From a bacterium (GTDB lineage: Bacteria > Patescibacteriota > UBA1384 > CAILIB01): 64,000 bases of DNA. Position 1 is the stretch's first letter, and each line of letters starts with the position of its first letter. Shown piece by piece: positions 8,650 through 18,542 of the stretch. The translations under genes and the position numbers were made by a program. The notes under the pieces are model-generated. The model worked only from the letters and a program-made list of their open reading frames with translations. It had not been told where the DNA came from and made no database searches. The stretch spans positions 322,039 through 386,038 of the forward strand of contig JBAXRQ010000001.1 in the NCBI GenBank assembly GCA_037131105.1. The letters run 5' to 3'.

Positions 8650-10422
8650 ATGGAAATCGATAATCTCTACCGACTACGTCACTCGCTGGCGCATGTTCTC
8701 GCCATTGCAGTCCTCGAAGAATTTCCCGAAGCCAAGCTGGCTATCGGCCCTCCGGTCGACAACGGTTTTTACTATGATTTTGAGCTTCCCTGCGCCCTCC
8801 AGCCTGAGGACCTGCCTGCATTGCAGGAGCGAATGAAGAAGATCCTGCCCCAGGGACTGGGCTTTGCTGAAAGTACCCATTCCATAAATGAGGCACTGGA
8901 GCGTTTCAAAGACCAGCCCTACAAGGCTGAGCTGATTCGTGACCTGGCCGAAAAGGGGGAGACCGAGGTTACTTTCTACACCTCTGGCGACTTCGTAGAC
9001 CTCTGTAAGGGCGGTCACGTGGAAAGTACTGCCGAGATCCCAGTAGACTGCTTTGCCCTTTCCCACGCTTCCGGTGCTTACTGGCGCGGGGATGAGAAGC
9101 GTCCTATGCTGCAGCGCATCTACGGCCTGGCTTTTGAGACGGCTGATGAGCTGAAGGCTTACCAGACCATGATGGAGGAGGCTAAGAAGCGTGATCACCG
9201 TAAGTTGGGTGCCGAACTGGACCTCTTCACCTTCTCTGATCTGGTGGGCTCAGGCCTTCCCCTCTGGACACCTAAGGGCACCATCCTTAGGAACCTGCTT
9301 GACGACTATGTGGGTGAGCTGCGGGCGAACTATGACTACCAGAAGGTGGAGATCCCCCATATCACCAAGAGGGACCTCTACGAGAAAAGCGGTCACTGGG
9401 AGAAGTTCCAGGAAGAGCTGTTCCGTATCAAGACCCGCGAAGGGCATGAGTTTGTTATGAAACCGATGAACTGCCCCCATCACACCCAGATATTTGACCG
9501 CCGCAAGTGGAGCTACCGTGAGATGCCAGCGCGATACGCTAACACCACTATGTGTTACCGCGACGAGCAGAGCGGCGAGTTGAGCGGACTGTCCCGGACA
9601 CGTGCATTTTCCCAGGACGATGCCCACGTATTCTGCCGCTATGACCAGAGCAAGGAAGAGCAGCTTAAGGTATGGGAGATCATCGAGACCTTCTACAAGA
9701 GCTTCGGTTTCGAGTTGTCCATGCGTCTTTCCTTCCATGATCCCTCTAATATGGGCGCTTACCTGGGAACTGAGGAGGAGTGGCAGCAGGCCGAGAACGA
9801 GCTTAAGGAGCTGATGGTGGAAAAGGGCGTCGAATATGAGATTGGCATCGGCGAAGCCGCCTTTTATGGCCCGAAGATCGACTTCATGGCTAAGGACTCC
9901 ATCGGCCGTAAGTGGCAGGTGGCAACGCTGCAGGTAGATAAGAACCAGCCTTCTCGCTTTGGACTTACGTATACGGCAGAGGATGGCAGCGAGCAGCCGG
10001 TGCTGATGATCCACGCCGCTATCATGGGATCTATCGACCGGTTCCTGTCGGTATTTATCGAACACGTGGCCGGTAACTTCCCCTTCTGGCTATCTCCAGT
10101 CCAGGTGTCAGTGCTTCCGGTTAATGACCAGTGCTTCGAATCGGCTCGCGAGCTGGCCACCTTACTAAAGAAAGAGGGTCTGCGCGTGACCGTAGATGAA
10201 AGCAGTGAGAGCGTCGGTAAGAAGATCCGCAATGCCTCCGTACAGAAAACTCCCGTGAAGCTAGTACTTGGTCTTAAGGAGATCGAGGCCTTCAAGGAGT
10301 CAGGAGTATGGAAGGTGAAGCCCAACTGGCGGACCGATTTAGCAGAGCTGGGGGAGGAAGAGATTGCGCTCGATCAGCTATTGTCTTCAATGAGGGAGTT
10401 AGTTGCGACAAAGAAGTTCTAG
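8650..10422 (+). CDS. thrS: Threonine--tRNA ligase (lacks the N-terminal TGS domain)
   Basis: RHSLAH, DLCKGGH, GAYWRGD, RDHRKLG, KPMNCP, AFYGPKID. Confidence 0.98.
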   Translation: MEIDNLYRLRHSLAHVLAIAVLEEFPEAKLAIGPPVDNGFYYDFELPCALQPEDLPALQERMKKILPQGLGFAESTHSINEALERFKDQPYKAELIRDLAEKGETEVTFYTSGDFVDLCKGGHVESTAEIPVDCFALSHASGAYWRGDEKRPMLQRIYGLAFETADELKAYQTMMEEAKKRDHRKLGAELDLFTFSDLVGSGLPLWTPKGTILRNLLDDYVGELRANYDYQKVEIPHITKRDLYEKSGHWEKFQEELFRIKTREGHEFVMKPMNCPHHTQIFDRRKWSYREMPARYANTTMCYRDEQSGELSGLSRTRAFSQDDAHVFCRYDQSKEEQLKVWEIIETFYKSFGFELSMRLSFHDPSNMGAYLGTEEEWQQAENELKELMVEKGVEYEIGIGEAAFYGPKIDFMAKDSIGRKWQVATLQVDKNQPSRFGLTYTAEDGSEQPVLMIHAAIMGSIDRFLSVFIEHVAGNFPFWLSPVQVSVLPVNDQCFESARELATLLKKEGLRVTVDESSESVGKKIRNASVQKTPVKLVLGLKEIEAFKESGVWKVKPNWRTDLAELGEEEIALDQLLSSMRELVATKKF

Positions 10423-10461
10423 GCAGCATACTGTGTGCCATGAGTATTTCAAGACTCTAGT

Positions 10462-10883
10462 ATGGCCCCTCAAGAACTAACGAGTATTAACCTCAACGGA
10501 GAGGCGTTTGAAGTGTCGTACGTTGAAACGTCGCAGGTTAAGGTTGGGGTCGAATGTGATGTCTATGCGTTTATCAATGATGACTCCAGAGACCTGGCGA
10601 TTATTCGTATAAAGGCAGGGTGCAGTTCTCCTCACCAAAGAATCAAAAAAGGAACAAAGACTGTGCAGGGTTTCCTTGAGGGTGAAGCTACGCTGTCAAT
10701 CGGTGATGTTGATGGCGGGGTGAGCGTCTCATACTTTAATTCGCGAGATGAGGTGGCTGATAATGAGACCGAAGTACGATTGGGCAAACCATGCTGTGGA
10801 AGGCACTCGGAAGGGATCTGGTCTATTACGAGATATGTGAACCTCCCTTTGAGGATGGCAGGTATGAGAATCTGCCTGAGTAA
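10462..10883 (+). pseudogene. Cupin-like hypothetical gene with apparent -1 frameshift near 10780
   Basis: The frame-1 ORF runs through a terminator; the -1 frame from 10782 gives GQTMLWKALGRDLVYYEICEPPFEDGRYENLPE* and ends just before the terminator. Confidence 0.55.
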
Positions 10884-10890
10884 GAACATG

Positions 10891-10920
10891 AAAAAGGACC
10901 GGCAGAGGCCGGTCCTTTTT
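10891..10920. terminator. Bidirectional intrinsic terminator
   Basis: aaaaaggaccggc-agag-gccggtccttttt between convergent genes. Confidence 0.85.
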
Positions 10921-10934
10921 CTTTAGTCTTGCGA

Positions 10935-11633
10935 CTATTTTTCCTCTGTAGCTGCAGCCTCTTCGCCTTCGGCAGGAGCCTCGCCGCCGGTCTCAGCTGC
11001 GATGGCAGTGACGTCCGTAGCTTCAACGGCCTCATCAAGAGCGGCCAGTTCCTCTTCGGAACGAGGAGCGGTAACGGAAGCGACCATCTCGTCCTCGTCG
11101 TCCAGGATCTCGATGCCTGCAGGGGCCTTGATGTCCTTGACCCGGATATCGTCTTCAAAGGTGGCGAGTACTGAGATGTCGACTTCGATGCTGTGGACTA
11201 GGTCCTGAGGTAGACACTCGACGTTTACCATTGCCTTGACGGTGGAAAGGCTTCCGCCCTCTACCTCGACGGCAGCGGACTCACCAACGAACTCGAGTGG
11301 GATCTCGGTCTGTAGCTTCTCCTTCATGTTCACCGTGTAGAAATCGGCGTGAACTAGGCGGGAAGTGGTAGGGTCCAGCTGGAGATCGTGGATCAGTACC
11401 TTGTGGGCAGCTTTCCCGTCAACCTTCAGATCAACCAGGGTGCTGGAACCAGCGGACTTCCATACGGCTAGCAGCTCGCGGGCAGGTACGGAAATAGAAA
11501 GGCTCTCCTGGCCGTGTCCGTAGACAACTGCAGGAATCTGGCCCTTGGAACGAAGCTGACGAACCTGCTTGCCGATAACAGTACGCAGGTCGGCGCTCAG
11601 GGTAGGAGTGGTGGTGTCGTGAGTGGAGGTCAT
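10935..11633 (-). CDS. rplY: 50S ribosomal protein bL25 (Ctc-type, acidic tail)
   Basis: GKQVRQLR...IPAVVYG, HADFY, CLPQDL, acidic C-terminus. Confidence 0.96.
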   Translation of the reverse strand: MTSTHDTTTPTLSADLRTVIGKQVRQLRSKGQIPAVVYGHGQESLSISVPARELLAVWKSAGSSTLVDLKVDGKAAHKVLIHDLQLDPTTSRLVHADFYTVNMKEKLQTEIPLEFVGESAAVEVEGGSLSTVKAMVNVECLPQDLVHSIEVDISVLATFEDDIRVKDIKAPAGIEILDDEDEMVASVTAPRSEEELAALDEAVEATDVTAIAAETGGEAPAEGEEAAATEEK

Positions 11634-11685
11634 ACCAATAGAAAAAGGGCGAGATGCCCCGGAGGCTTAGGGGTGAATAAGAACG

Positions 11686-11913
11686 TTAGCGAGACCCAAA
11701 GGCCTTAATGTAGTCGCCATCAAACTTCTCGAGGGCGTCATGCAGGCTTATGATGTCATTGGCACCGATAGGGGTGCCCTCTTCAGGAAGCTCCTGGCGC
11801 TGGGCCGAGGTGTTAAAATGGACCAGGACTGAGATGCTGACCGGGACCTCCCCATCGGAGTTGACCAGTTGGAAGTGGTGAAACTCCCCCTGAGGCATCA
11901 TTTCCTCATTCAT
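11686..11913 (-). CDS. Small conserved-looking hypothetical protein
   Basis: 75-aa ORF in the same orientation upstream of rplY; ends PIGANDIISLHDALEKFDGDY. Confidence 0.6.
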   Translation of the reverse strand: MNEEMMPQGEFHHFQLVNSDGEVPVSISVLVHFNTSAQRQELPEEGTPIGANDIISLHDALEKFDGDYIKAFGSR

Positions 11914-11986
11914 CGTGGCTTCGCTTACCTATATGGCAGTATCATAGGTGAAATAGGAGTGGAAGTCAATGTTCCATCTCTTGTGC

Positions 11987-12089
11987 CGAGTCATTGGCTG
12001 CCCTCAAAAACCATTGAGACGTATTCCGAAGGAATACTGTTAGACAGGCTCCCTTGAGTCGAAGGTTTTTGAGGGCAGCCTATGACTCG
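11987..12089. mobile_element. MITE-like element with perfect 17-bp terminal inverted repeats
   Basis: ggctgccctcaaaaacc (11996-12012) / ggtttttgagggcagcc (12064-12080); IR extends to 26 bp with one mismatch; overlaps the uvrB stop. Confidence 0.65.
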
Positions 12090-15000
12090 AGTTCTCGGAT
12101 TTGGTCTCTGAGCTTAGCTGCCCCCTCATAATCCAAGTGTAATGCGGCCTGGGCCATCTTGTCGCGCAGCTCTTCCAGATAGAACTTCTTCTCCATGGGC
12201 TTCAGCCGGTTGTACATGGCCTTCTCCTCGGCAACAGTAAGAGTCTCGTGGCTAGGTAAGGCGATAGTAATTGGCTTGTTCAGCAGCTGAGGCACGATTC
12301 CGTGCTCCACGTTATAAGCCTTCTGAATGGTGCGGCGGCGGTCGGTCTCATCGATAGCTCGACGCATGGAGCCGGTGATGTTGTTGGCGTACATGATGAC
12401 TCGTCCCTGGGGGTGGCGGGCGGCCCGGCCGATGGTCTGAATAAGTGAGGTCTCTGAGCGCAGGAAGCCTTCCTTGTCAGCGTCCAGTATGGCGATAAGG
12501 CTCACTTCGGGTAGATCCAGACCCTCGCGCAGCAGGTTGATACCCACCAGTACGTCATAGGTGCCTAGGCGCAGGTCCTGAAGGATCTGGGAGCGGTCCA
12601 AGGTCTTTACGTCGGAGTGCAGGTACTGGACCTTGATGTTTCGGTCCTGCAGGTACTCGGTGATGTCCTCGGCCATGCGCTTGGTGAGGGTAGTGACCAG
12701 GGTGCGCTCGTGTCGCTCGATGCGTATTGCGATTTCCTTGAGAAGGTCGTCTATCTGCCCGTCGATGGGCCGTATCTCGATCTCCGGGTCGGGGATGCCA
12801 GTAGGACGAATTAATAGCTGGGCTACCAGATCCACCTTCTTATCTTTTTCCAGACGGGTCTCCTGGGTCTCTACTTTTACCTTCTCCAGTTCGTACTTGC
12901 CAGGGGTAGCCGACACATAGACTGCCTGGCCGCGGCGCTCCTCAAACTCAGCAAAGGTCAGGGGGCGGTTGTCTTTGGCACCCTTCAGGCGGAAACCATA
13001 GTCCACCAGGGTATTCTTGCGGGCCTGGTCGCCGTTGTACATGCCGCCGATCTGAGGGATGGTCATATGTGACTCATCCACAAACAGTAGGAAATCGTCC
13101 GGGAAATAGTCCAACAGTACCGACGGGGGAGTGCCGGGCGCGCGCCGGTCAAAGTAGCGCGAATAGTTCTCGATGCCGGAGCAAGATCCGGTCTCGCGAA
13201 TCATTTCCAGGTCGAAGGTGACCCGCTGCTTCAGCCTTTGGGCTTCTAGCAGCTTGCCGTGGGCTTCGAAGTCAGCCACCTCGGCTCGCATGTCCCGTTC
13301 AATCTCGGCTAGGATCTCTGGGCGGGCGGTCTCTTCGGTCAGGAAGTGCTTGGCGGGAAATATCTCCACCTCGTCCACGCTCTCCAGTGACTTCTGGGTG
13401 ATGGGATCTATGAGATCAATACTCTCCACCTCGTCGCCAAACTGTACTATCCTGATCTGGTAATCCTCATAAGCCGGAAAGATGGTGATGGTGTCACCCT
13501 GCACCCGGTAGCGGCCGCGGGAGAGATCAATGTCATTTCGCTCATACTGCACATCGGCCAGCTTTCGGGTGAACTGGCGCTGAGGCAGCTGCTCGCCCTT
13601 CTTTACCGTGATATTGGCAAGGCGATAAACGTCAGGAGAGCCCAGACCGTAGATGCAGGAGACCGATGCAACGATGATGGTGTCCCGACGGGTAAGTATG
13701 GAGTGGGTGGAGGCGTGCCGGAACTTCTCGATCTCCTCGTTAATGGCCGAGTCCTTCTCGATGTAGGTGTCGGTCATCGGGATGTAGGCCTCCGGCTGGT
13801 AGTAGTCGTAGTAGGAGACGAAGTACTGGACGGCATTATCCGGGAAGAATTCCCTGAATTCGGCAAAGAGCTGGGCGGCCAGGGTCTTGTTGTGGGCCAT
13901 GACAAGGGTTGGGCGCTGCAGCCGCTCGATGGCATTAGCCATGATGAAGGTATTGTGAACAAAGAGCCCTCCCCGTCCTGTCATAAAGGTCTCAAGTCCA
14001 GGTACGCTAAAATCATACACATACGGGTGTAAAGGTTTTGTCGGTTCGCAAGATGCTATTGGGGACCAGTGAAGCCTGGTTAGTCCCAAGAGTTCTTCGT
14101 CCTTAACGTCTAGAGAGGCGCATATACGCTCAAAAAGTGTCCGAGAAGGATTTCGAATGCCTACTTCGATAGCTGAGATCATGGTGCGGGTGCATCCTGC
14201 TTTTAGGGCGACATCGCGTTGGAGGAGTCCTGCTTCCTGTCGTAATGTCAGGAGTCGCTTTCCTACTCCATACACCAGGTCAACATTGGTGTTCCCTGAC
14301 TTAATCTGCCTGAGAAGTGCGGCTGATTTTCTCGGGCTAATAAAGCCTATCTTGTATGCGAAAGCTCTAAGGTTGTCCTGCCCGCTAATGGTTATCAGAT
14401 GATACATACCACGAGTTCCATCTGGTTTTAGCTTGCTTACCGGCCTGAACCGTGCCCATATGCCAAACCGTAACAGTGCCTCGGCTATATCACTGGCTAG
14501 TTCCGGGCTAAGGGTTACGGCGGTTACGGCCCCCTTTTCAACTCCACCATCTCCCTCAAAGTAGGCAGAAAGAAGCTTGGCTAGGAACTTATTGGAAAAA
14601 GAGGGCCATAAGCTCGGTAGGCGCTTGTTATGGGCATGGGTGCCCATGTGGCTAGATAGTAGGTCTCTCCAAGAACGAATCCCGATTCTATAGTCACCTG
14701 TTTCTTGGAGCCCGAACGGGATGTTCAGCTCCTTGAGGCATCTCCCTACCTCGGCATGGACATAAGGGTCACGAACAGTAATCTGGGAGCCTCCTATAGA
14801 ACAATGGCCCTCAGCGATATACTGGCCAAAAATAGTGGCAACGGCTGGCGTAAGCGGAAGTGTCACAGGCTCGCTATGGATCTTGCCCTTCAGGCTAATC
14901 TCAAAAGGTTTAACAATGTTGCAGGCCAGAAGCTGCCTGGCAGCGGAGAGGTGTACTCCTTCATTAAAGCGGACAACCCGGTATGCTTTGGCATTAGGAT

Positions 15001-15631
15001 GTTCATAATGCCCTGCCAATATGTGGGCAAGGATAGGCTGAGAACGTACTGCCCCACGGAGCTGCACTCCTACGTTTTCAGAGGTGATCTCGTCAATGAG
15101 GTTCAGTGCGGTTAAGGGTCGCGGGGGTTCTGGCAGTAAAGCTGGTACTGGCAGCGCATCAGTTTCTCTGACTTGGCTTCCTTCAACAAGGCAAAGATGT
15201 CCGTCACGTAGTACCCAGACGCTATGGTCACCAGTTACGGTCACGGTTCTACCGCAGCTGGTTGTCAGCCTAAATAACTGGTCAGGAGAGGCGTGGCGGC
15301 TAAGTACGCTGATTTGCTCCCAACTGGTTTTACCAGTCTTAACATCCCAGGACATAACTTCCCATGTACGAGATGGGGCAACTGCGGCTGATTCGTTTTG
15401 TCGGAAGCCTTTTAGGTGTTGGTCGATAAGAAGTCCGATTGGTCCACGATAGGGACGTCCGTCGATACGCACTGTAACTGGTTCATCCCAGGCTACGCTC
15501 TTTCCCGTTCCTGTGGCTCCTAGCAGTACCTGAGACTGGGCTCCGGCCTCGACATTATTCACTATCTGTTCGATAGCGCTAGGTTGGTCGCCGTCGGGTG
15601 TGAAAGGAGCCTTTAGGTTAAAGCGCTTCAT
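12080..15631 (-). CDS. uvrB: Excinuclease ABC subunit B, intein-containing (about 667 aa after splicing)
   Basis: GDQPx[57 protein letters not shown]-terminal UVR domain. Confidence 0.97.
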   Translation of the reverse strand: MKRFNLKAPFTPDGDQPSAIEQIVNNVEAGAQSQVLLGATGTGKSVAWDEPVTVRIDGRPYRGPIGLLIDQHLKGFRQNESAAVAPSRTWEVMSWDVKTGKTSWEQISVLSRHASPDQLFRLTTSCGRTVTVTGDHSVWVLRDGHLCLVEGSQVRETDALPVPALLPEPPRPLTALNLIDEITSENVGVQLRGAVRSQPILAHILAGHYEHPNAKAYRVVRFNEGVHLSAARQLLACNIVKPFEISLKGKIHSEPVTLPLTPAVATIFGQYIAEGHCSIGGSQITVRDPYVHAEVGRCLKELNIPFGLQETGDYRIGIRSWRDLLSSHMGTHAHNKRLPSLWPSFSNKFLAKLLSAYFEGDGGVEKGAVTAVTLSPELASDIAEALLRFGIWARFRPVSKLKPDGTRGMYHLITISGQDNLRAFAYKIGFISPRKSAALLRQIKSGNTNVDLVYGVGKRLLTLRQEAGLLQRDVALKAGCTRTMISAIEVGIRNPSRTLFERICASLDVKDEELLGLTRLHWSPIASCEPTKPLHPYVYDFSVPGLETFMTGRGGLFVHNTFIMANAIERLQRPTLVMAHNKTLAAQLFAEFREFFPDNAVQYFVSYYDYYQPEAYIPMTDTYIEKDSAINEEIEKFRHASTHSILTRRDTIIVASVSCIYGLGSPDVYRLANITVKKGEQLPQRQFTRKLADVQYERNDIDLSRGRYRVQGDTITIFPAYEDYQIRIVQFGDEVESIDLIDPITQKSLESVDEVEIFPAKHFLTEETARPEILAEIERDMRAEVADFEAHGKLLEAQRLKQRVTFDLEMIRETGSCSGIENYSRYFDRRAPGTPPSVLLDYFPDDFLLFVDESHMTIPQIGGMYNGDQARKNTLVDYGFRLKGAKDNRPLTFAEFEERRGQAVYVSATPGKYELEKVKVETQETRLEKDKKVDLVAQLLIRPTGIPDPEIEIRPIDGQIDDLLKEIAIRIERHERTLVTTLTKRMAEDITEYLQDRNIKVQYLHSDVKTLDRSQILQDLRLGTYDVLVGINLLREGLDLPEVSLIAILDADKEGFLRSETSLIQTIGRAARHPQGRVIMYANNITGSMRRAIDETDRRRTIQKAYNVEHGIVPQLLNKPITIALPSHETLTVAEEKAMYNRLKPMEKKFYLEELRDKMAQAALHLDYEGAAKLRDQIRELES
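13952..15499 (-). mobile_element. 516-aa intein with LAGLIDADG homing endonuclease and XRE-type HTH
   Basis: Starts S(VAWD) after GTGK and ends LFVHN before T; block B TGDH; block F VYDFSV; LAGLIDADG copies FGQYIAEG and LSAYFEGDG; [16 protein letters not shown]...ISAIEVG. Confidence 0.93.
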
Positions 15632-16004
15632 ATGCCTCCTTAATCTGGTCTAGCTTGTCTATCGGAATAATGGCGGCAGCGTAGCAGTCGATGTCAGTAT
15701 CGCCGGTGGACTCGGAGAAGCATACCGGTATCTTCTGGGCCAGGCAGTAACCCAGCTCGATCTTCACGCTGGTGCCCATGTAGCCTTCGGGAAGGATAAA
15801 GTAGGCTGCGTCAGCCTGTTCGGCCGCCTCATAGTGCTCCATGGCCAGGCGCAGCTTGTGGGCTGCGTCCAGGGCCTGATCGGTATTGCCGACCTCCAGG
15901 TCTAAGTTTGGGAATAGGGGAGTGATGCCCAGCTTCTCAAGAGCCGACATAGTGGCAGCTATCTTGCCTCTAAACTTGACGCTGGCGCAGACCAATACCT
16001 TCAT
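15618..16004 (-). CDS. Hypothetical protein, nucleoside 2-deoxyribosyltransferase-like fold
   Basis: [13 protein letters not shown]...[13 protein letters not shown] pattern; overlaps the uvrB start. Confidence 0.6.
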   Translation of the reverse strand: MKVLVCASVKFRGKIAATMSALEKLGITPLFPNLDLEVGNTDQALDAAHKLRLAMEHYEAAEQADAAYFILPEGYMGTSVKIELGYCLAQKIPVCFSESTGDTDIDCYAAAIIPIDKLDQIKEAYEAL

Positions 16005-16128
16005 ATGCTGTGTTTTCTGGAAGTGTGAATACCTTATGCATAGGTCAATATACCAGAAAGTGGCAGGGAGAGCAGCACAGGGTGGCGTGGGCGCACTATT
16101 GCTGGTACAACGGGTGAAGGGGGTAACT

Positions 16129-16581
16129 ATGGATGAAAACCTTGTGAGTGTCGATGCTATTATTGCCGCTGCTCAGGCAATGAGCAGCATTCCTGATGGC
16201 GAAGGCATGCCACTGGATAGGGCTGCTTATGCCGCGAGGGCCTATCAACGGGAAAGTGGACTTGATGAGCTACTTGAAAAGGTTGATGGTCAGCTTATTG
16301 AGCCAGATAGGGGGCGAGCCTTAGAGGCGGTTGCCGGGGCGATTCCGGTTAGTGCTTTGTTGGCCAACAGCTACTGGGGGATCAAGCCCTCATATGTCAC
16401 GTTTTTTGTTGGACAGTTGGGTGAGGAGGAGGCTTGCCTTCGGCTCAATGAGATGTGGCGTGCCTATTCTGGTGACGATTTGCCTCTCGTATTGGGAAAG
16501 GAGGAAGGAGGAGAACATTGGGGTGCTTATCCGGAGCAATACAAAGAGATGTATTGTGAAATATATGGCTTCAGCCTGTAA
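16129..16581 (+). CDS. Hypothetical protein
   Basis: ATG at 16129 after gaaggggg; acidic ORF with no recognised motif. Confidence 0.55.
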   Translation: MDENLVSVDAIIAAAQAMSSIPDGEGMPLDRAAYAARAYQRESGLDELLEKVDGQLIEPDRGRALEAVAGAIPVSALLANSYWGIKPSYVTFFVGQLGEEEACLRLNEMWRAYSGDDLPLVLGKEEGGEHWGAYPEQYKEMYCEIYGFSL

Positions 16582-16623
16582 TAGGCGCGAAGCTTTGGGG
16601 GAGTCGGATGTCCGGCTCCTCTT

Positions 16624-17343
16624 TTATATAGATTCCTCGAGTGAGTTTTTGGATAGCTCGGTGGTGCGCTGCTTGGCCTGGGCTTGGCGCCACTTTGCGA
16701 TCTCGGCATGGTGGCCGGAAAGCAGGATATCCGGTACGGTCTGGCCCTTGTATTCAAGCGGTCGGGTGTAATGGGGATACTCCACCAAGGGTTTGCCAGC
16801 TTCATCGAGGATGGAAAAGCTTTCTTCCTCAGGAGACTCCTTGCGGATGACTTCAGGAAGTAGACGGGCAATAGCGTCTACGACCATAAGAGCTGGTAGT
16901 TCACCGCCGGTCAGTACAAAGTCGCCTATGGAGAGCTGGGCATCTACCAAGGAGCGGATCCTTTCATCAAAGCCCTCGTAGTGTCCGCATATGAGGGTAA
17001 TCTGGTCGTACTGCTCGGCAGCGTACCTGACCCGGGGTTGGGTGAGGCGTTTGCCCTGGGGGGTCATCAGGATGCTGCGGCGTCGCTCAGCCGGGATAGC
17101 CGCCACCTCGGGGATTTCCAGTACCTTGTGCAGGGCGGCATCGAGGATGTCCACCTTGAGCACCATGCCAGCACCGCCGCCGTACGGGGTGTCATCGACG
17201 CTCTTATGGGTGTCGGTGGCCACTTCGCGGATATCATGGAGGTGCACCTCAACTAAGCCGGCCGCCTGGGCCCGCTTAAGAATCGAGGCCTCCAAGGGGC
17301 CGCGCAGCATTTCCGGGAACAGAGTGAGGATATCGAATCGCAT
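16624..17343 (-). CDS. trmD: tRNA (guanine37-N1)-methyltransferase
   Basis: [50 protein letters not shown]. Confidence 0.98.
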   Translation of the reverse strand: MRFDILTLFPEMLRGPLEASILKRAQAAGLVEVHLHDIREVATDTHKSVDDTPYGGGAGMVLKVDILDAALHKVLEIPEVAAIPAERRRSILMTPQGKRLTQPRVRYAAEQYDQITLICGHYEGFDERIRSLVDAQLSIGDFVLTGGELPALMVVDAIARLLPEVIRKESPEEESFSILDEAGKPLVEYPHYTRPLEYKGQTVPDILLSGHHAEIAKWRQAQAKQRTTELSKNSLEESI

Positions 17344-17368
17344 ACAGTGACAGTAGCAGATTTTCAGG

Positions 17369-17397
17369 TTGACAGCCAGTAGCTTTGCCTATATATT
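17369..17397 (+). promoter_or_regulatory. Sigma70-type promoter
   Basis: TTGACA-17 bp-TATATT. Confidence 0.7.
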
Positions 17398-17418
17398 TTC
17401 CTGGAACGAGGTGATCAC

Positions 17419-17511
17419 ATGGGTGACGACAGCGGTAAGCTGCTATTTTGGCTTTTCGGTGCCTTGGTACTTGTGCTCTGTGTTGCCGGGTTGGCAACGT
17501 ATGGCAGATAA
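17419..17511 (+). CDS. 30-aa single-TM small protein (not in ORF track)
   Basis: MGDDSGKLLFWLFGALVLVLCVAGLATYGR*; SD gaggtga; upstream promoter. Confidence 0.6.
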   Translation: MGDDSGKLLFWLFGALVLVLCVAGLATYGR

Positions 17512-17583
17512 GGCTTCCTGGGCGGAGAACTGTTTAGCCGGCAGGAGTCGGTGATGACGGACGACTATGAAAGGAATTGAAAA

Positions 17584-17832
17584 ATGGGAAGGTTCATTCG
17601 GGAACATGTGAAGTTCGTGCTGCTTGGGATGGGTATTACGATAGTGCTGATAGCGGCAGTTTCGCTCGTTGGTCCTGGTCCGGATGGAATGAGCGCCATC
17701 TCGACAACCTGGCAGCCTTCATTCGCGACAGAGGATGATGACGCTATCAACCACTATCCCCAAGAAGATCCGGTTCCCGGACAGGAAGTGGAGGTCGACG
17801 TCTCTATAGCATCCAGCGGGAGGGCGGAATAG
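17584..17832 (+). CDS. Small membrane-anchored hypothetical protein
   Basis: SD gaaagga; N-terminal TM then acidic tail. Confidence 0.6.
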   Translation: MGRFIREHVKFVLLGMGITIVLIAAVSLVGPGPDGMSAISTTWQPSFATEDDDAINHYPQEDPVPGQEVEVDVSIASSGRAE

Positions 17833-17903
17833 AAGGAATTTCTTCTGTGTATCGAAGGACTTCACTAGGGCCCGGATCTTTGCGATCCGGGTTTCCTTAC
17901 GTC

Positions 17904-18308
17904 TTAGGGGAGCTTTGTGACAAACAGGCCCCATTCGGCAGCATGAGCAGCTAGGTCTGCGCCGCTAATCTTGTAGGAGATCTCGAAATTCTTCTTCCGA
18001 TCTCGGTAGTTGATGAACCCAAGGGTGAAATACCTCTGAATATCCTCGACCGGCACGTCAATCTGGACTAGTATGCCCCCTTTGGTTTTGGCGTAGGTGA
18101 GGGCCTTTTCTTTCTTGTCGGTGAAGGTGCGTATAGCTACTGGCTCGATGGAGGCAAGGCGCAGGACTATGGGATTGAGATGCTCGGGGTACTTGAAATC
18201 GCCCCGCTGGCGGATACGGAGCAGCTGACGCCACCCCTTCTGGTGGACCGAGGCGGTGTCAGGGTCCAAGTGCTCAAATTCTTGCTTGAGGCCTAGATAG
18301 AGTTTCAT
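17904..18308 (-). CDS. Hypothetical protein
   Basis: ORF with probable start MKLYLG at 18308. Confidence 0.6.
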   Translation of the reverse strand: MKLYLGLKQEFEHLDPDTASVHQKGWRQLLRIRQRGDFKYPEHLNPIVLRLASIEPVAIRTFTDKKEKALTYAKTKGGILVQIDVPVEDIQRYFTLGFINYRDRKKNFEISYKISGADLAAHAAEWGLFVTKLP

Positions 18309-18340
18309 AGGAGAATATTGTTCTAGACGATAGCATACTC

Positions 18341-18369
18341 TTGACAATCTGGCAAAACAGAGATATATT
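18341..18369 (+). promoter_or_regulatory. Sigma70-type promoter with no downstream gene
   Basis: TTGACA-17 bp-TATATT. Confidence 0.7.
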
Positions 18370-18373
18370 CATC

Positions 18374-18520
18374 CGGACAGTTTCCCGTGATGGACCTATC
18401 CGGGAGTTGTCACAAATCCGTTACTTCACCTAGGAGGTGATGCCTATTGTCGATAGCGCTGGTTTTCCAGCAATCGACATCGTTGGAAAAAAGCCCAGAA
18501 GCACGCGCTTCTGGGCTTTT
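18374..18520 (+). ncRNA. Candidate structured small RNA
   Basis: Promoter, then three hairpins (gacagtttcccg/cgggagttgtc; tcacct/aggtga; tgtcgat..gctgg-tttt-ccagc..atcgaca), then a terminator. Confidence 0.5.
18489..18520. terminator. Bidirectional intrinsic terminator
   Basis: aaaagcccagaagc-acgc-gcttctgggctttt. Confidence 0.85.
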
Positions 18521-18542
18521 CCTGTTTTTTGGCAATTGTGAA

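Noticed and set aside
9250-10065. 271-aa antisense ORF in thrS and similar shadows (e.g. 61190-61840, 51635-52291)
   Set aside because: Expected by-product of GC3-rich codon usage; no motifs
18440-18541. 33-aa peptide in the candidate sRNA
   Set aside because: SD-ATG spacing of 2 nt, and the frame crosses the terminator
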